63,552 bases of DNA, filler included, from Octopus bimaculoides (GCF_001194135.2; 10 parts of 10 records of this genome joined end to end with filler, not necessarily neighbours in it); one strand, 5' to 3'. Shown: positions 26,940 to 39,181, counted from the first letter of the whole stretch. Program-made: numbers and translations. The notes: generated from the sequence alone by a model not told the origin.

Positions 26940-27340
26940 TAGGCGTGGCTGTGTGGTAAGAAGCTTGCTTCCCAACCACATGGTTCCGAGTTCAGTCCCA
27001 CCGCGTGGCACCTTGGACAAGTGTCTTCTACTATAGCCTCGGGCCGACCAAAGCCTTGTGAGTGGAGTTGGTAGACAGAAACTGAAAGAAACCAGTCGTA
27101 TATATGTATGTATGTATGTATGTATATGTATTTGTGCCTGTTTGTCCACCACCACCACGATCATCGCTTGACAACCGATGCTGGTGTGTTTACGTTCCCG
27201 TAACATAGCGGTTCGGCAAAAGAGACCGATAGAATAAGTACTAGGCTTACAAAGAATAAGTCCTGGGGTTGATTCGTTCGACGAAAGGCGGTGCTCCAGC
27301 ATGGCCGCAGTCAAATAACTGAAACAAGTAAAAGAGTATA
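26940..27340 (+). mobile_element. tRNA-derived SINE (family B) with internal CA/TA microsatellite
   Basis: GGCTGTGTGGTAAGAAGCTTGCTTCCCAACCACATGGTTCCGAGTTCAGTCCC...CAGCATGGCCGCAGTCAAATAACTGAAAC. Other copies at about 3880-4470(-), 5600-5765(-), 29403-29790(+), 32260-32530(-), 38650-39330(-), 44460-44665(-), 47405-47700(+) and 61010-61185(-). Confidence 0.8.
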
Positions 27341-27543
27341 AGGCACAAGGCCTGAAACTTGGGGGAGAGCGATAGAACATTACATCGATCCTCCAGCGTA
27401 TTACTGGCACCTAATTTATCGAGCCCGAAAGGATGAAAATCTAAGGCAGCCTCAGCGGAATTCGAACTCAGGACGTAGCGCCGGGTGGAAAAAAAAACCG
27501 CTANNNNNNNNNNCGATTCTGCCAGCTCGCCAACTTCTCCATC

Positions 27544-27606
<63 letters not shown>

Positions 27607-28215
27607 GCTGTGTGGTATGTAAGGAGAAAACAATGAAGTCGAGAAGAGCGTAACAAGTGAGAAGATGACAGTTGGTGTCTGATGTAAAAAAGAAACCACA
27701 ACAACAGACTGGCCTGCTGAGACGGATTTCACGCAAATATGATATATATATAAAGTCACTCGGTACACTTGTACGCGCGCGCTTTGGTGTGTGTGTGTGT
27801 GTGCGTGAGTGTGAGAGAGGAGAGTTCGAGCATGAGTGTGTGTGTGTGCATGTATGTGTGTTTGCTTGAGTGTCAGAGAGAAGGAGAGCCAGTATGCGTG
27901 TGTGTGTTTGTATGTGTATATGTGCTTATGTGTATATGTACCCGAGTGTATGTGTGCCTCTGTGTGTGTATGTGCTTCTGTGTATGTGTCTGTGTCTGTG
28001 CGTGTCTGAGAGAGGTAAATTTGAGTGTGTGTGTGTGTATATGCGTTTGCCTTTCTGTGTGTATGTGCATATGTTACTGTATGTGTTTGTATGTTTGTCC
28101 GTGAGTGCGTGTGTCAGACAAGGAGAATCAGCGTACGCGTGTGTATAAGCGTTAGTATGAGTGTATGTATGTATGTATGTATGTATGTATGTATGTGAGT
28201 GTATGCGTGTGCAAG

Positions 28216-28271
<56 letters not shown>

Positions 28272-30032
28272 AAACCTGATCAAACTTGAATCTCGTTCTT
28301 GATTTCATTATAAATAACACCACAGACGATTGTAGTTATTTGTTGTCTAGTTTAAAAGCAGCACCGATCGAGTAGACATACGATCAAAAGCCTTCCAACC
28401 GTGGCTGACCTTGTCTATTTTCAGACATAGTGTGGTGTATCTAGAACCACATTAACCAACGTTCTTTATTTTCAAGACGGTAGGGAGTCATTTAAGGGAT
28501 ATTTAGTTGCTATTTCTAGAAAGTCGAGTAAACCACATACAGGCTCTTTGATTTAATTTGAGATGGTTGAGGTTGTTGGTGGTGAAAGTGAGGTTGTTGT
28601 TGTTGTTGCTAGTGGTATTGGTGGTAAGAGAGGTTGCGATGGCAGCGGCGTCGTAGGTGGGGAACGACAGGATTAGTGATTACAGAAAAAAGGTTTGTTG
28701 GCCGTTGTTTTACTCACGATTACAATGGCGATGTAGTTTTGAGAAAGAGAGAGAAGGGGGTGGGGTGCGTGTCTGTCTGTGTGTCTCAAGGCTGACTACT
28801 CGGTAGGGCAGACAGGGTTGTGCCCCAAAGGCTCATGTCTGACCTGAGGGTTGCTTCATGAATAATGTTTTAAATGACTGAAATTAGGCTTCGAGAATGT
28901 CAAACTGAACCGACCAAGTAACTTGCAAAACATCATCAGTCAAGTCAGACTCTACTCTGGCATCTTATATTACGTTTAGTGGGTGAGTGTAGAGAAAATG
29001 CGTAGGCTGGTGGTGAAGGGGTTGAACTCGCCATCATAAAACCGTGAATTCAATTCTTGGCTCGGGTGATGCTTTGAGTCTTTAAATAAGGCGCTTCAAC
29101 TCATATTGTTCCTGTCCCCTCCGCAACACCAGCCTAGAGCTGGTGCAGATGTCACACTCTCTTCTTTTTTTTTAATGTTCAGCTGGGTCAGGAGTAGGAG
29201 GATCATGCGGTCTATTTTTGCTCACGAATACACAGGCATCAAAAAAAAATTAGAGAAAGCATGGTACTTACTACCAGATCATACTCACTTGCAAGTGACG
29301 GCTGCGATTGCTTTTACTGGACCACTATCTTAGAACGCTGTGATTTGACAATAAATGGATTGCAATTGATTTGAAATACGTATTACAATCTCTATATCTA
29401 TACAGGCGTAGGAGTGGCTATGTGGTAAGAAGCTTGCTTACCAACCACATGGTTCCGAGTTCAGTCCTATCCGCGTAAGACCTTGGACAAGTGTCTTCTA
29501 CTATAGCCTCGTGCCGACCAAAGCCTTGTGAGTGAATCTGATAGACGGAAACTGAAAGAAGCCCCTCGTATATATATGTGTGTGTGTGTGTGTGTGTTCC
29601 CCCATCGTTTGACAACAGATGTTTATATGCTTACGTCCTGGTAATTTAGCGATTCGGCAAAAGAGACCGATAGAATAAGTACTAATCTTACAAAGAAATG
29701 GTCCTGGGGTCGATTTGTTCGACTAAAGGCGGTGCCCCAGCATGGCCGCAATCAAATGACTCAAACAAGTAAAACAAGTAAAAGAATAAAAAATTAGTTG
29801 GATACCCAGTTGAAAGCAAGAGCAACAGCATGACAGGAAATGATTTCAACCATAGTTTTTATATCAGAGTACCATCTGCTAAATTCTTTCAGCATTAAAA
29901 TACCACACACGTTAATAAGAATTGATGTAAGTGTTTTCCTTCGACGAGAGTTATTCTGGCGTGCCCAGTCACAAGCCTGGGTATTTTCATGCTTCGGTAC
30001 AATATAAACACACACACACACACGCACATACA

Positions 30033-30153
<121 letters not shown>

Positions 30154-30959
30154 TGTTTGTAGAATAAGTAGAAAGCTTGATGTTTAAAGTAGGAATATAA
30201 GTCAATAGCATCTACTCCAGTACTTCGTTGGTACTTTATTTTATCATCCGCGATAGGATGAAAGGTAAAATTGACTTCGGAGTGGTTTTAAGTCGAAACG
30301 TAAAGAACCGGAGCAAATACCGCAAAACACTTTGTTTGACCGTCTAACGATTCTGCCAAGACTAAAGAGCAGCCCCCTGCCCGTGGGGCTGTTAGTCACC
30401 AACACCATAAGAACAGTTTTGATTCCCATTAAAGCCATATCTGTTGTTTTAAATTGCTCTTTGTTCTTTTCATTTTCCCTAAACATTTCGCGCAGGAAAG
30501 TTGGAAACTTCCTTTTGAAATCAGTAATTTAAGAATTCGAACCGGGATCAGTTTTAGTTTAACGATAATTCAAATATATACTTCCTCTATTAAAATTAAA
30601 ATATAAATATAAATGCGCCCTTTTAAACCTAGTCAGGCTCATGGGCCCGGTTTCCCGCTTTCAATGACGTATATGTTCCCCACCTGGACGGGGCGCCAGT
30701 CCATTGCAGCTTTACTCATTTTTGCCAGCTGAGTGGACTGGAGCAACGCGAAAGGAAGTGTTTTGCTCAAGAACACAACGCGTCGGCCGGTCCAGGAATC
30801 GAAACCACAATCTTACGATCATGATGCTGACACCCCTAACCACTAAGCCACACGCCTCCACATACTTCCTCTATTACTTTGATCTAAATTTATAGAACTG
30901 AACGTTGAAGGTATGTTTTACTATTTTAATCATTCATTTATTCAATTGTTTCGTTTCAG

Positions 30960-31057
30960 AATAGCACAGCGACCCAAGTACAGAAAGGTGTATCGAGTTA
31001 GGAAGGAACTGGCTTGGAAATGCTGTCCTGGTTTCAACGGCAAGAATTGTGAAAATG
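30960..31057 (+). CDS. Internal coding exon, C-terminal half of an EMI domain (EMID1/COL26A1/EMILIN-like protein)
   Basis: Acceptor ttgtttcgtttcAG (30958-59), donor G|GTAAAC (31058). 98 nt, phase 2 to phase 1. Translates (R)IAQRPKYRKVYRVRKELAWKCCPGFNGKNCEN, matching the EMI signature RPxYxxxYxxxxxLxWxCCPGxxGxxC. Confidence 0.9.
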
Positions 31058-31232
31058 GTAAACGACTAAATTCTTTCACTTCATATTATTGTAACTGATT
31101 TATGTACAAAACTAACAATTTTGAGGGAGGTGGGGTTAGTTGACATCATTGACACCATTGGGGCTGGTTTGTTCGACTAAAAGGCGGTGCTCCAGCATGG
31201 CCGCAGTCAAATGACTGAAACAAATAAAAGAA

Positions 31233-31263
<31 letters not shown>

Positions 31264-31836
31264 ATTTACACATACATATACATTTGAAATCAGAGCAAAT
31301 ACAGTCAGGCATTTTATCCGACGTTTTAACGATTCTAGCATAGTCCTAGGTACACTGACCCTGGGTTTAAAAGAAAACAGAGGGATAGTAAATGCTTCAA
31401 CACCTTTTAACACCTTTAATCATAAGTGTGCTCAATCATTGATGTCCCAGGGGTAAACAACAGCAAAAAAAAAACAAAAAAGAAAGAAACTACCGTTAAA
31501 AACGGGTCAATGACACTTCTACTTCCGCTTAAAAAGTCACCATCGTAGCCGTTCACTAATTCACCTTATCATCAACATAGCTAAATNNNNNNNNNNNNNN
31601 NNNNNNNNNNNNNNNNNNNNNNNNNNNNNNNNNNNNNNNNNNNNNNNNNNNNNNNNNNNNNNNNNNNNNNNNNNNNNNNNNNNNNNNNNNNNNNNNNNNN
31701 NNNNNNNNNNNNNNNNNNNNNNNNNNNNNNNNNNNNNNNNNNNNNNNNNNNNNNNNNNNNNNNNNNNNNNNNNNNNNNNNNNNNNNNNNNNNNNNNNNNN
31801 NNNNNNNNNNNNNNNNNNNNNNNNNNNNNNNNNNNN

Positions 31837-31889
<53 letters not shown>

Positions 31890-32196
31890 ACAAACATTTC
31901 TTATTCTTAGCAACAATTTTGTTGACAAGCTAGTTATTCTAAATTCATTGTACTTTACTGTACTTCTATTTCCGGTCTTAAAACTGCTTTCATCGTTCCC
32001 GTAATTGCTGTTGAATGACAAATAAAAATCTAATATTTCTTGTTTGCAGTGGTTTTTAGTCATTTTTTATTTGCTTTCCTTATGCATTTTTTTGGATCAG
32101 GGGTGGGGGCTCAGTTTTGCTTTCGTTAAACATTACAGATTTTGTGCTTTCTTTATTTTTTTAAATCTTTGCCTTTTCTCTCTCGTTTCATTCCAG

Positions 32197-32258
32197 AATG
32201 TTTTAATTGCACAGTTCTGGAAACTATGCAGAATCAAATAAAACAGTTAGAGACACGA
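32197..32258 (+). CDS. Next coding exon of the same EMI protein: CxNC motif plus short coiled coil
   Basis: Pyrimidine-rich acceptor ...ctcgtttcattccAG and consensus donor CGA|GTAAGT. 62 nt, phase 1 to 0, joining the upstream exon in frame: (E)CFNCTVLETMQNQIKQLETR. Resembles the C-x-N-C...LE segment that follows EMI in EMID1/COL26A1 (recalled family knowledge). Confidence 0.85.
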
Positions 32259-33090
32259 GTAAGTATTAAGGATCTCTTTTTGTTTTCCCCACCCCATCTT
32301 TTACTTGTTTCAGTTCGTAGACTGCGACCATGCTGAGGCATTGCCTTAGAGAATTTTTAGTCGAATGGATCACCCCAGTATCTATTTCTTGTAAAAGCCT
32401 GGTACTTATTCTATCGGATCTTTAACACCGAATGGCTAAGTTACGGGGACGTAAACGCACCAATATCGGTTGTCCAGCGATGGTAGGAGTGGGCACACAC
32501 AAAGACACATACACACACATGCGCACGCATATATATAGTTCACAGATGAGATCCAGATATTCTCCGTATAGAATTCACTTTGCAGTGCTCAAAAGATTCA
32601 AACTTAGACTCCGATGTCTTTAGAGGGGATCATTCCACAAGGTAAAGAGGGATCAGGTTGAGCGGGTAGGGAAGCAAATGTGGGGATAAGCAAATTAAAT
32701 ACATCAATATATAAAGTATATTCTTTTCTGCTCTAGGCACAATGCCCGAAATTTTGGGGGAGGGGCCCAGTTTATTAGATCGACCCAGTATGCAACTGGT
32801 ACTTAATTTATCGACGCCAAAAGGATGAAAGGCAAAGTCGAGCTCGGCGGAATTTGAACTCAGAACGTGAAGGCAGACGAGACACCGCTAAGCATTTAGT
32901 CCGGCTTACTAACAATTCTGCCAGCTCGCCGCCTTATGGCTGTTAATATTATGGCGGCGATGAAGGTGACGGGCTGGCAGAATTGTTAGAATGCTGAATT
33001 ACATGTACAGCAGCATTTCTTCTGTCTTTACCTTCTGTATTCAAATTCCGCCGAGGCCAACTATGTCTTCACCCTTTTAAATTAGGCTGT

Positions 33091-33320
33091 CAGCTGGCAG
33101 AATCGTTAGCACGCCGGGCGAAATACTTAGCGGTATTTCGTCTGCCGTTACGTTCTGAGTTCAAATTCCACCGAGGTCGACTTTGCCTTTCATCCTTTCG
33201 GGGTCGATTAAATAAGTACTAGTTACGCACTGGGGTCGATATAATCGACTTAATCCGTTTGTCTGTCCCTGTTTGTCCCCTCTATGTTTAGCCCCTTGTG
33301 GGTAGTAAAGAAATAAGAAT
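33091..33320 (+). mobile_element. SINE family A
   Basis: GCTGGCAGAATCGTTAGCACGCCGGGCGAAAT...GTTCAAATTCC...GGGGTCGAT. Other copies at about 2960-3110, 21290-21420(-), 26692-26918(-), 27340-27540(-), 30170-30360(-), 32720-32933(-), 33317-33436(+) and 44180-44430(+). Confidence 0.8.
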
Positions 33321-33436
33321 CGTTAGCACGCCGGGCAAAATGCTTAGCGGCATTTCGTCTATCTTTACGTTCTGGGTTCAAATTCCGCCGAGGTCGACTT
33401 TGCTTTTCATCCTTTCGGGATCGATAAATTAATTAC

Positions 33437-33536
33437 NNNNNNNNNNNNNNNNNNNNNNNNNNNNNNNNNNNNNNNNNNNNTTAATTAATTAANNNNNNNN
33501 NNNNNNNNNNNNNNNNNNNNNNNNNNNNNNNNNNNN
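33437..33536. other. Scaffolding spacer 44N-TTAATTAATTAA-44N (artefact)
   Basis: The same 12-mer sits inside N runs at 18087, 20181, 33481, 37101, 51895, 54602, 58094, 59888 and 62461. It places stop codons in all six frames. Confidence 0.95.
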
Positions 33537-33785
33537 CAGGTGGCACGTAAAATACACCATTTTGAGCGTGGCCGTTGCCAGTACCGCCTGACTGGCCTTC
33601 GCGCTGGTGGCACGTAAAAGCACCCACTACACTCTCGGAGTGGTTCGTGTTAGGAAGGGCATCCAGCTGTAGAAACTCTGCCAAATCAGACTGGAGCCTG
33701 GTGTAGCCATCTGGTTTCACCAGTCCTCAGTCCAATCGTCCAACCCATGCTAGCATGGAAAGCGGACGTTAAACAATGATGATGA
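33537..33785 (+). mobile_element. Short interspersed repeat family D ending in (GAT)n
   Basis: ...CCAACCCATGCTAGCATGGAAAGCGGACGTTAAACGATGATGATG. Other copies at about 34400-34590, 34920-35100, 41500-41720, 47705-47895(-), 49030-49157 and 50015-50220(-). Confidence 0.75.
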
Positions 33786-35551
33786 TATGTACATATGCAT
33801 ACACACACACACATACATACATTCACACACACATACACATGTGTGTGTGTGTCATATATAATCCTTTTTGGGAACATTGGCTCTTGAGGCACATCACATA
33901 AAACTGTAAATAATAGCATGTAAATATTGAGTTGAAAAAGTTGAAGGTTGCCAGGACTCCATGGAAAAATTGAGGCCTGTTCTCTCTTGATATCGTGGAT
34001 AACAACCAATTTGGCTATGGGTTCTAATCTAGTCACCATCATCATGAATGTATCACAGGCAAATTAGCTTGGCAGCATCCATTCCTCTTTGAGCTATTAG
34101 CCCCAACCATATGCTTCTACCTGAGACATGCTTTTGCCCCAAACACTAGGCCACTGACTCCTGTTAACACCATCCCTTCGCTTGGTTCAGCTGTAGTGGG
34201 GTACTGGTGTATGGTGCTAGGAGCCAGCAAGTGAGAGATTAGAAGTTGAATAAAGGCCAGTGATGCCTGTCCATCTGACCGTCCCTGGCAAAGTGCATCC
34301 AGCAGACACCAAAGTGTCTATTCACTCCCACTACAACCCATAATGTTGTTAAGGAATTGAAATAAAATTTGAAATGCACAAAAATTATTTATCCTCCTGC
34401 AGGTGACACGTAAAAGCACCCACTACACTCTCTGAGTGGTTGGCGTTAGGAAGAGCATCCAGCTCATCCAGCTGTAGAAACTCTGCCAGATCAGACTGGA
34501 GCCTGGTGTTGCCATCTGGTTTCACCAGTCCTCAGTCAAATCGTCCAACCCATGCTAGCATGGAAGGCAGACGTTAAACGACGACGACGATACGTACAGA
34601 CATATATATATATATATATATATACCGCCTGACTGGCCTTTGTAGGGTTTTCGAGCGAGATCGTTGCCAGTGCCCCTGGACTGGCTCTTGTCCGGGTGGC
34701 ACATAAAAGACACCATTTCGAGCGTGGCCGTTTTNNNNNNNNNNCAAGTGAGAGATTAGAAGTTGAATAAAGGCCAGTGATGCCTGTCCATCTGACCGTC
34801 CCTGGCAAAGTGCATCCAGCAGACACCAAAGTGTCTATTCACTCCCACTACAACCCATAATGTTGTTAAGGAATTGAAATAAAATTTGAAATGCACAAAA
34901 ATTATTTATCCTCCTGCAGGTGACACGTAAAAGCACCCACTACACTCTCTGAGTGGTTGGTGTTAGGAAGGGCATCCAGCTGTAGAAACTCTGCCAAATT
35001 GGATTGGAGCCTGGTGTTGTCATCCGGTTTCACCAGTCCTCAGTCAAACCGTCCAACCCATGCTAGCATGGAAAGCGGACGTTAAACGATGATGATGATG
35101 ACAACACCATTTGTCATGACATTGGAATTTTTAATTGTCTGTGATGGTGTAAATTTCATTTAAGGCAAAGTTTATAGAGAATTGGAAAGAATGCTTCTTA
35201 GCATTTGTTTCTTTTTAGATTGATAAAATATCAGACCAGTACTGGAGTTTTCCACTTCTTTGTTCTTATTTCACTTTCACACTTTTTGCAGTGCCAAAGA
35301 CGTATATGTCTTGATGGTGCCCCTAAAATCCCATCAGTATTGAGGCCCAAGACCAACAAGTTGCACTTGCATTTAAGATGGTCCTATGTGCTGTTGTGTC
35401 ACAAGATAAGATAACCTTTAGTCTCTACTTTCTCCAGCATTACTCTAGGATGCATTAACTTCTGTTTTTATTTAGCTACTAAACCTGATTAACCTTGATT
35501 TTCATGGATATGTTCTGACCATTAATCTTTCGTCTTTTTCTCTGCTTTCAG

Positions 35552-35841
35552 ATGACCCGATGATGTATTTGCTGCTTCCAGTACTTCTTCCAATGTTTAT
35601 TATTGTATGTATTATCCGCGGACTTGGTCATACAGGGGCTGGAAGTATGTGGTCAACAATTGGAGGCTCAGGATGCAATTCTACAGATCCAGATTCTCCC
35701 ACACAATCTTCTTCATTGCCCTCTCCTTCTTCATCATCACTGTTTGGGGACAGATCTCTTCCTGGTGGTGGAAGCAGTAGTAGCTGCAGCAGTCAGGATG
35801 CCAGCTGTGATAATACACCTAAACTGAGGAAAAAACGGTAG
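35552..35841 (+). CDS. Probable coding exon: hydrophobic signal/TM segment, Ser/Gly-rich linker, ending in RKKR
   Basis: Acceptor ctttttctctgctttcAG (35550-51). Non-repeat ORF DPMMYLLLPVLLPMFIIVCIIRGLG...SSSSCSSQDASCDNTPKLRKKR with A/T-ending codon bias. Ends at TAG 35839-41 followed by AATAAA, or at a possible donor CG|GTAGTC (35838). Gene affiliation is unclear. Confidence 0.55.
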
Positions 35842-37552
35842 TCAATAAATAAAAAAGAAGAAAATTAGCAAAAACATCATATTAAGAAACAGGAAAAATA
35901 TAAAAACTGTATATAAGTACATATATGCATACTTACACACACACATAAACACATATATGCACACTCACACATATATATGTTTATTAAGTGCCTATTAAAG
36001 TGCATGACATGTAACCAATGAGTTAGAACACTGTACGAAACATTATACTCCAAAATGGAAGCCTGGAAAGAAAATTTGTGTTATTATACAAAATTTCATG
36101 TTATAAGTTTACTAGTCATAATGGCCCCATAATATGGAAACAAAGTATAAAACTGGAGAATTTTATTTGAAATTATTTAATTACAAATCTTTACACATTT
36201 CGTTGGCAACCATAAAATGGTTCTGAAAGAGTGAATTTACACAATCTTTTATCAATCAACATCTCATCAGAAGTTCTTGTTGAGGACTGAAGAATTATGT
36301 TTAGCATCACTAAGAATTTATAGTAGTTCTGACATTTTAGAGGAGAGGGATACGTGAAACACATTAACAAATTGACATTGGCAGGGATCAAAATCTATAA
36401 TAAAGACATAATAGCAATTTCAGCATTTAAAACAACATGAATAGCAGAAATGGATAGGTTTCTTGATATGTCTTTATGAATGTTTGTATACACATAGTCT
36501 CACAAACACACACAAACACACACACACACAAACACACACACTCACATGTATATATCACACATATTTATATTGCACACACACACTCACACACAGGTATATA
36601 GATAGATGGCTTATGTTTAAGATGTGTGCCCCAAAGCAAGCTGTTTTAGGCTCAGTCACACAGCATGGCATCTTGGGCAAGTACCTTATACTATAGGTCC
36701 TAGGCCAACAGAAGCTGTGTAACTATATATGTAGAAAGAATTTGAAAGAAGATCATTATAAACACACACACACATAATGCATATGCATGTGTGCGTGAGT
36801 GGGTTGTGTTAATTTTTTTCTTCATGTTTCTTGTTCACTTCATGCCTTAAAAGATGTGTGGAATGAAAGTCCCTATACTTTAAAGACATGTAAAGGTCTG
36901 GCAAATGGAAGGGAAAACAGTTGTAAAACAATGATTTAATATTTGTCTGATCTAAGAAACCATGAAGAAAATACACTTAAAAATTAATGAAAACAAAAAT
37001 ATTTTTATACATACATACACACATATATATATACTATTTATATATATATATAAATTNNNNNNNNNNNNNNNNNNNNNNNNNNNNNNNNNNNNNNNNNNNN
37101 TTAATTAATTAANNNNNNNNNNNNNNNNNNNNNNNNNNNNNNNNNNNNNNNNNNNNGTTAAAAAAAAAGAAAAAATAAGAAAAAATATCAGAAAACGTGT
37201 TTTCGAATAAAACTAATTTTGTGCAGAATGTGCTTTGCCATCAGTTTGTGCAGACAATCTCATGCTCGTTCCTTCCGTCAGAAAGACGGTGAACCTGTGA
37301 TTGGCCCATCAGAAGCGTATAACCAACTCTGTTATTGCTCACCAAATTGAGATTTAATAAATACAAAAAAAAAAAAAAGCACAAAGAAAAGCAATAATAG
37401 AATTTTAAAAAATGAACCAGACTGAAATGAACTCGGCAGTGCGTCCATGAAGCTTACGGAGGATTGAGCTGGCTTGTGTGTAACCAATTTCTCCCCGAAC
37501 CATAATATGTCAGATCAATACGATAAGCCTAAAGCCATTGCTTCTACAGTCC

Positions 37553-37667
37553 CCCCCTCTCTCTCTCTCTCTCTGGTTTGCTTTCTCTCTCTCACAGGCA
37601 TGTTCTCACTCCCTCTCCTTCTCTCTCTGGCTTGCTCTCTTTCTCTTTCTCTTTCTCTTTCTCTTTT

Positions 37668-37698
<31 letters not shown>

Positions 37699-38153
37699 GG
37701 CTTTCTCCCTCTCTTTCTTTCAGGTTTGCTCTCTCTCCCTCCCTTTTTCTCTTTGGCTTACTATTTTTCTCTTTCTCTGGTTTGTTCTCTCTTTCTCTCT
37801 TTGGCTTGCTCTCTCTCTCTCTCTTTCTCTTTCTCTCTCCCTTTCTTTCTCTTTTTCTCTCTCTCTCTTTCTCTCTCCCTTTCTTCCTCTCTTTCTCTCT
37901 TTCTCTCTCTCTTTCTTTCTCTCTTTCTCTCTCCCTTTCTTTCTCTTTCTCTCTCTCTCTCTCTCTGGCTTGCTCTCTTTCTCTTTCTCCCTTTCTTTCT
38001 CTTTCTTTTTTTCTCTCTCTTTCTTTCTCTCTCTCTGTCTCTCTGGCTTGCTCTCTTTCTCTTTCTCTTTCTCTCTCGCTTTCTTTCTCTCTCTCTCTCT
38101 GGCTTGCTCTCTTTCTGTTTCTCCCTTTCTTTCTCTTTTTCTCTCTCTTTCTT

Positions 38154-38184
<31 letters not shown>

Positions 38185-38400
38185 GGCTTGCTCTCTTTCT
38201 CTTTCTCTCTCTCTCTCCTTTTCTTTCTCTTTCTCTCTCTGTCTCTCTCTCTCTCTCTTTGGCTTGCTCTCTCTTCTGGTTTTCCCCCTCTCTCTGTCTT
38301 CCGGCTTTCCCCTCTCTCATTCTCTCTTTGTCACTTGCTCTATCACTTCCCTCTCTCTCTGTCTTCTCCTCCTCCCTCCCCCTCCCCATCCAAACAGTTT
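37553..38400. repeat. Polypyrimidine (CT/CTTT) tract punctuated by about 11 GGCTTG-like anchors
   Basis: Seen directly. It explains the S/L/F-rich and R/E-rich ORFs in the track. Confidence 0.9.
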
Positions 38401-38821
38401 TTCTCTCATGAAGCTACATGGTCAATTTCTATCTCACTGCCACAAAAGCCTGGCTGAAAATCAATATAGTTTATTTGCTAATTACATCTACAGAAAGCTG
38501 AGAAGTTGGGGTAGGGACATGGGTGGTGTGAGGTGGAGGGCGAGGGGACATCATACCAGTAGAGAGGCTGCAATGGCCATCTGGTGAAGCAACAGCATCA
38601 GTAGCACTTTAGGCCCAGGTCAGCCCTGATTTAGCCGCTCTATCTTTTCTCTACCATATTTTATTTTGTACTTGTTTCATTCTTTGGAATGCGGCCATGC
38701 TGGGGCACTGCCGTGAAGTGTTTAGTCAAGCGAATAGCCCCCTAGTGCTCATTTTGTTTTTTTGTTTCTGTAACCTTGGTATTTAACCTGTCGGTTCTTT
38801 TTTTTTTGCCAAACCACTAAG

Positions 38822-39108
38822 AGGATGTAAACGAACCAACTATGGGGATGTAAACAAACCAACTATGGGGACGTAAACTAATCAACTATGGGGACGTAAA
38901 CTAACCAACTATGGGGACGTAAACGAACCAACTATGGGGACGTAAACGAACCAACTATGGGGACATAAACGAACCAACTATGGGGACATAAACGAACCAA
39001 CTATGGAGACGTAAACGAATCAATTATGGGGACGTAAAGGAACCAACTATGGGGACATAAACAAACCAACTATGGGGACGTAAACGAACCAACTATTGGG
39101 ACATAAAC
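38822..39108. repeat. 23-bp minisatellite, about 12.5 copies
   Basis: Unit GTAAACGAACCAACTATGGGGAC, head-to-tail with no spacers, embedded in a family B SINE. Confidence 0.9.
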
Positions 39109-39148
39109 CAATACCCATTGTCTAGCAATGATAGGGAACAAACACAAA

Positions 39149-39181
<33 letters not shown>

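Noticed and set aside
34228-35100. Direct duplication of about 360 bp (34228-34590 versus 34745-35100)
   Set aside because: The second copy starts right after a 10-N gap and the unique part is identical. Most likely overlapping contigs or haplotypes. The same applies to 44181-44237/44321-44377 and 47435-47543/47567-47675.
37227-37288. 62-nt AG/GT-bounded segment with the same length and phases as exon 32197-32258
   Set aside because: No sequence similarity beyond AATGT and a weak donor (GTGAAC). A mutually exclusive exon is not supportable without RNA data.
38822-39108. CRISPR-like periodic array
   Set aside because: The units are contiguous with no unique spacers, and the context is eukaryotic and SINE-derived.
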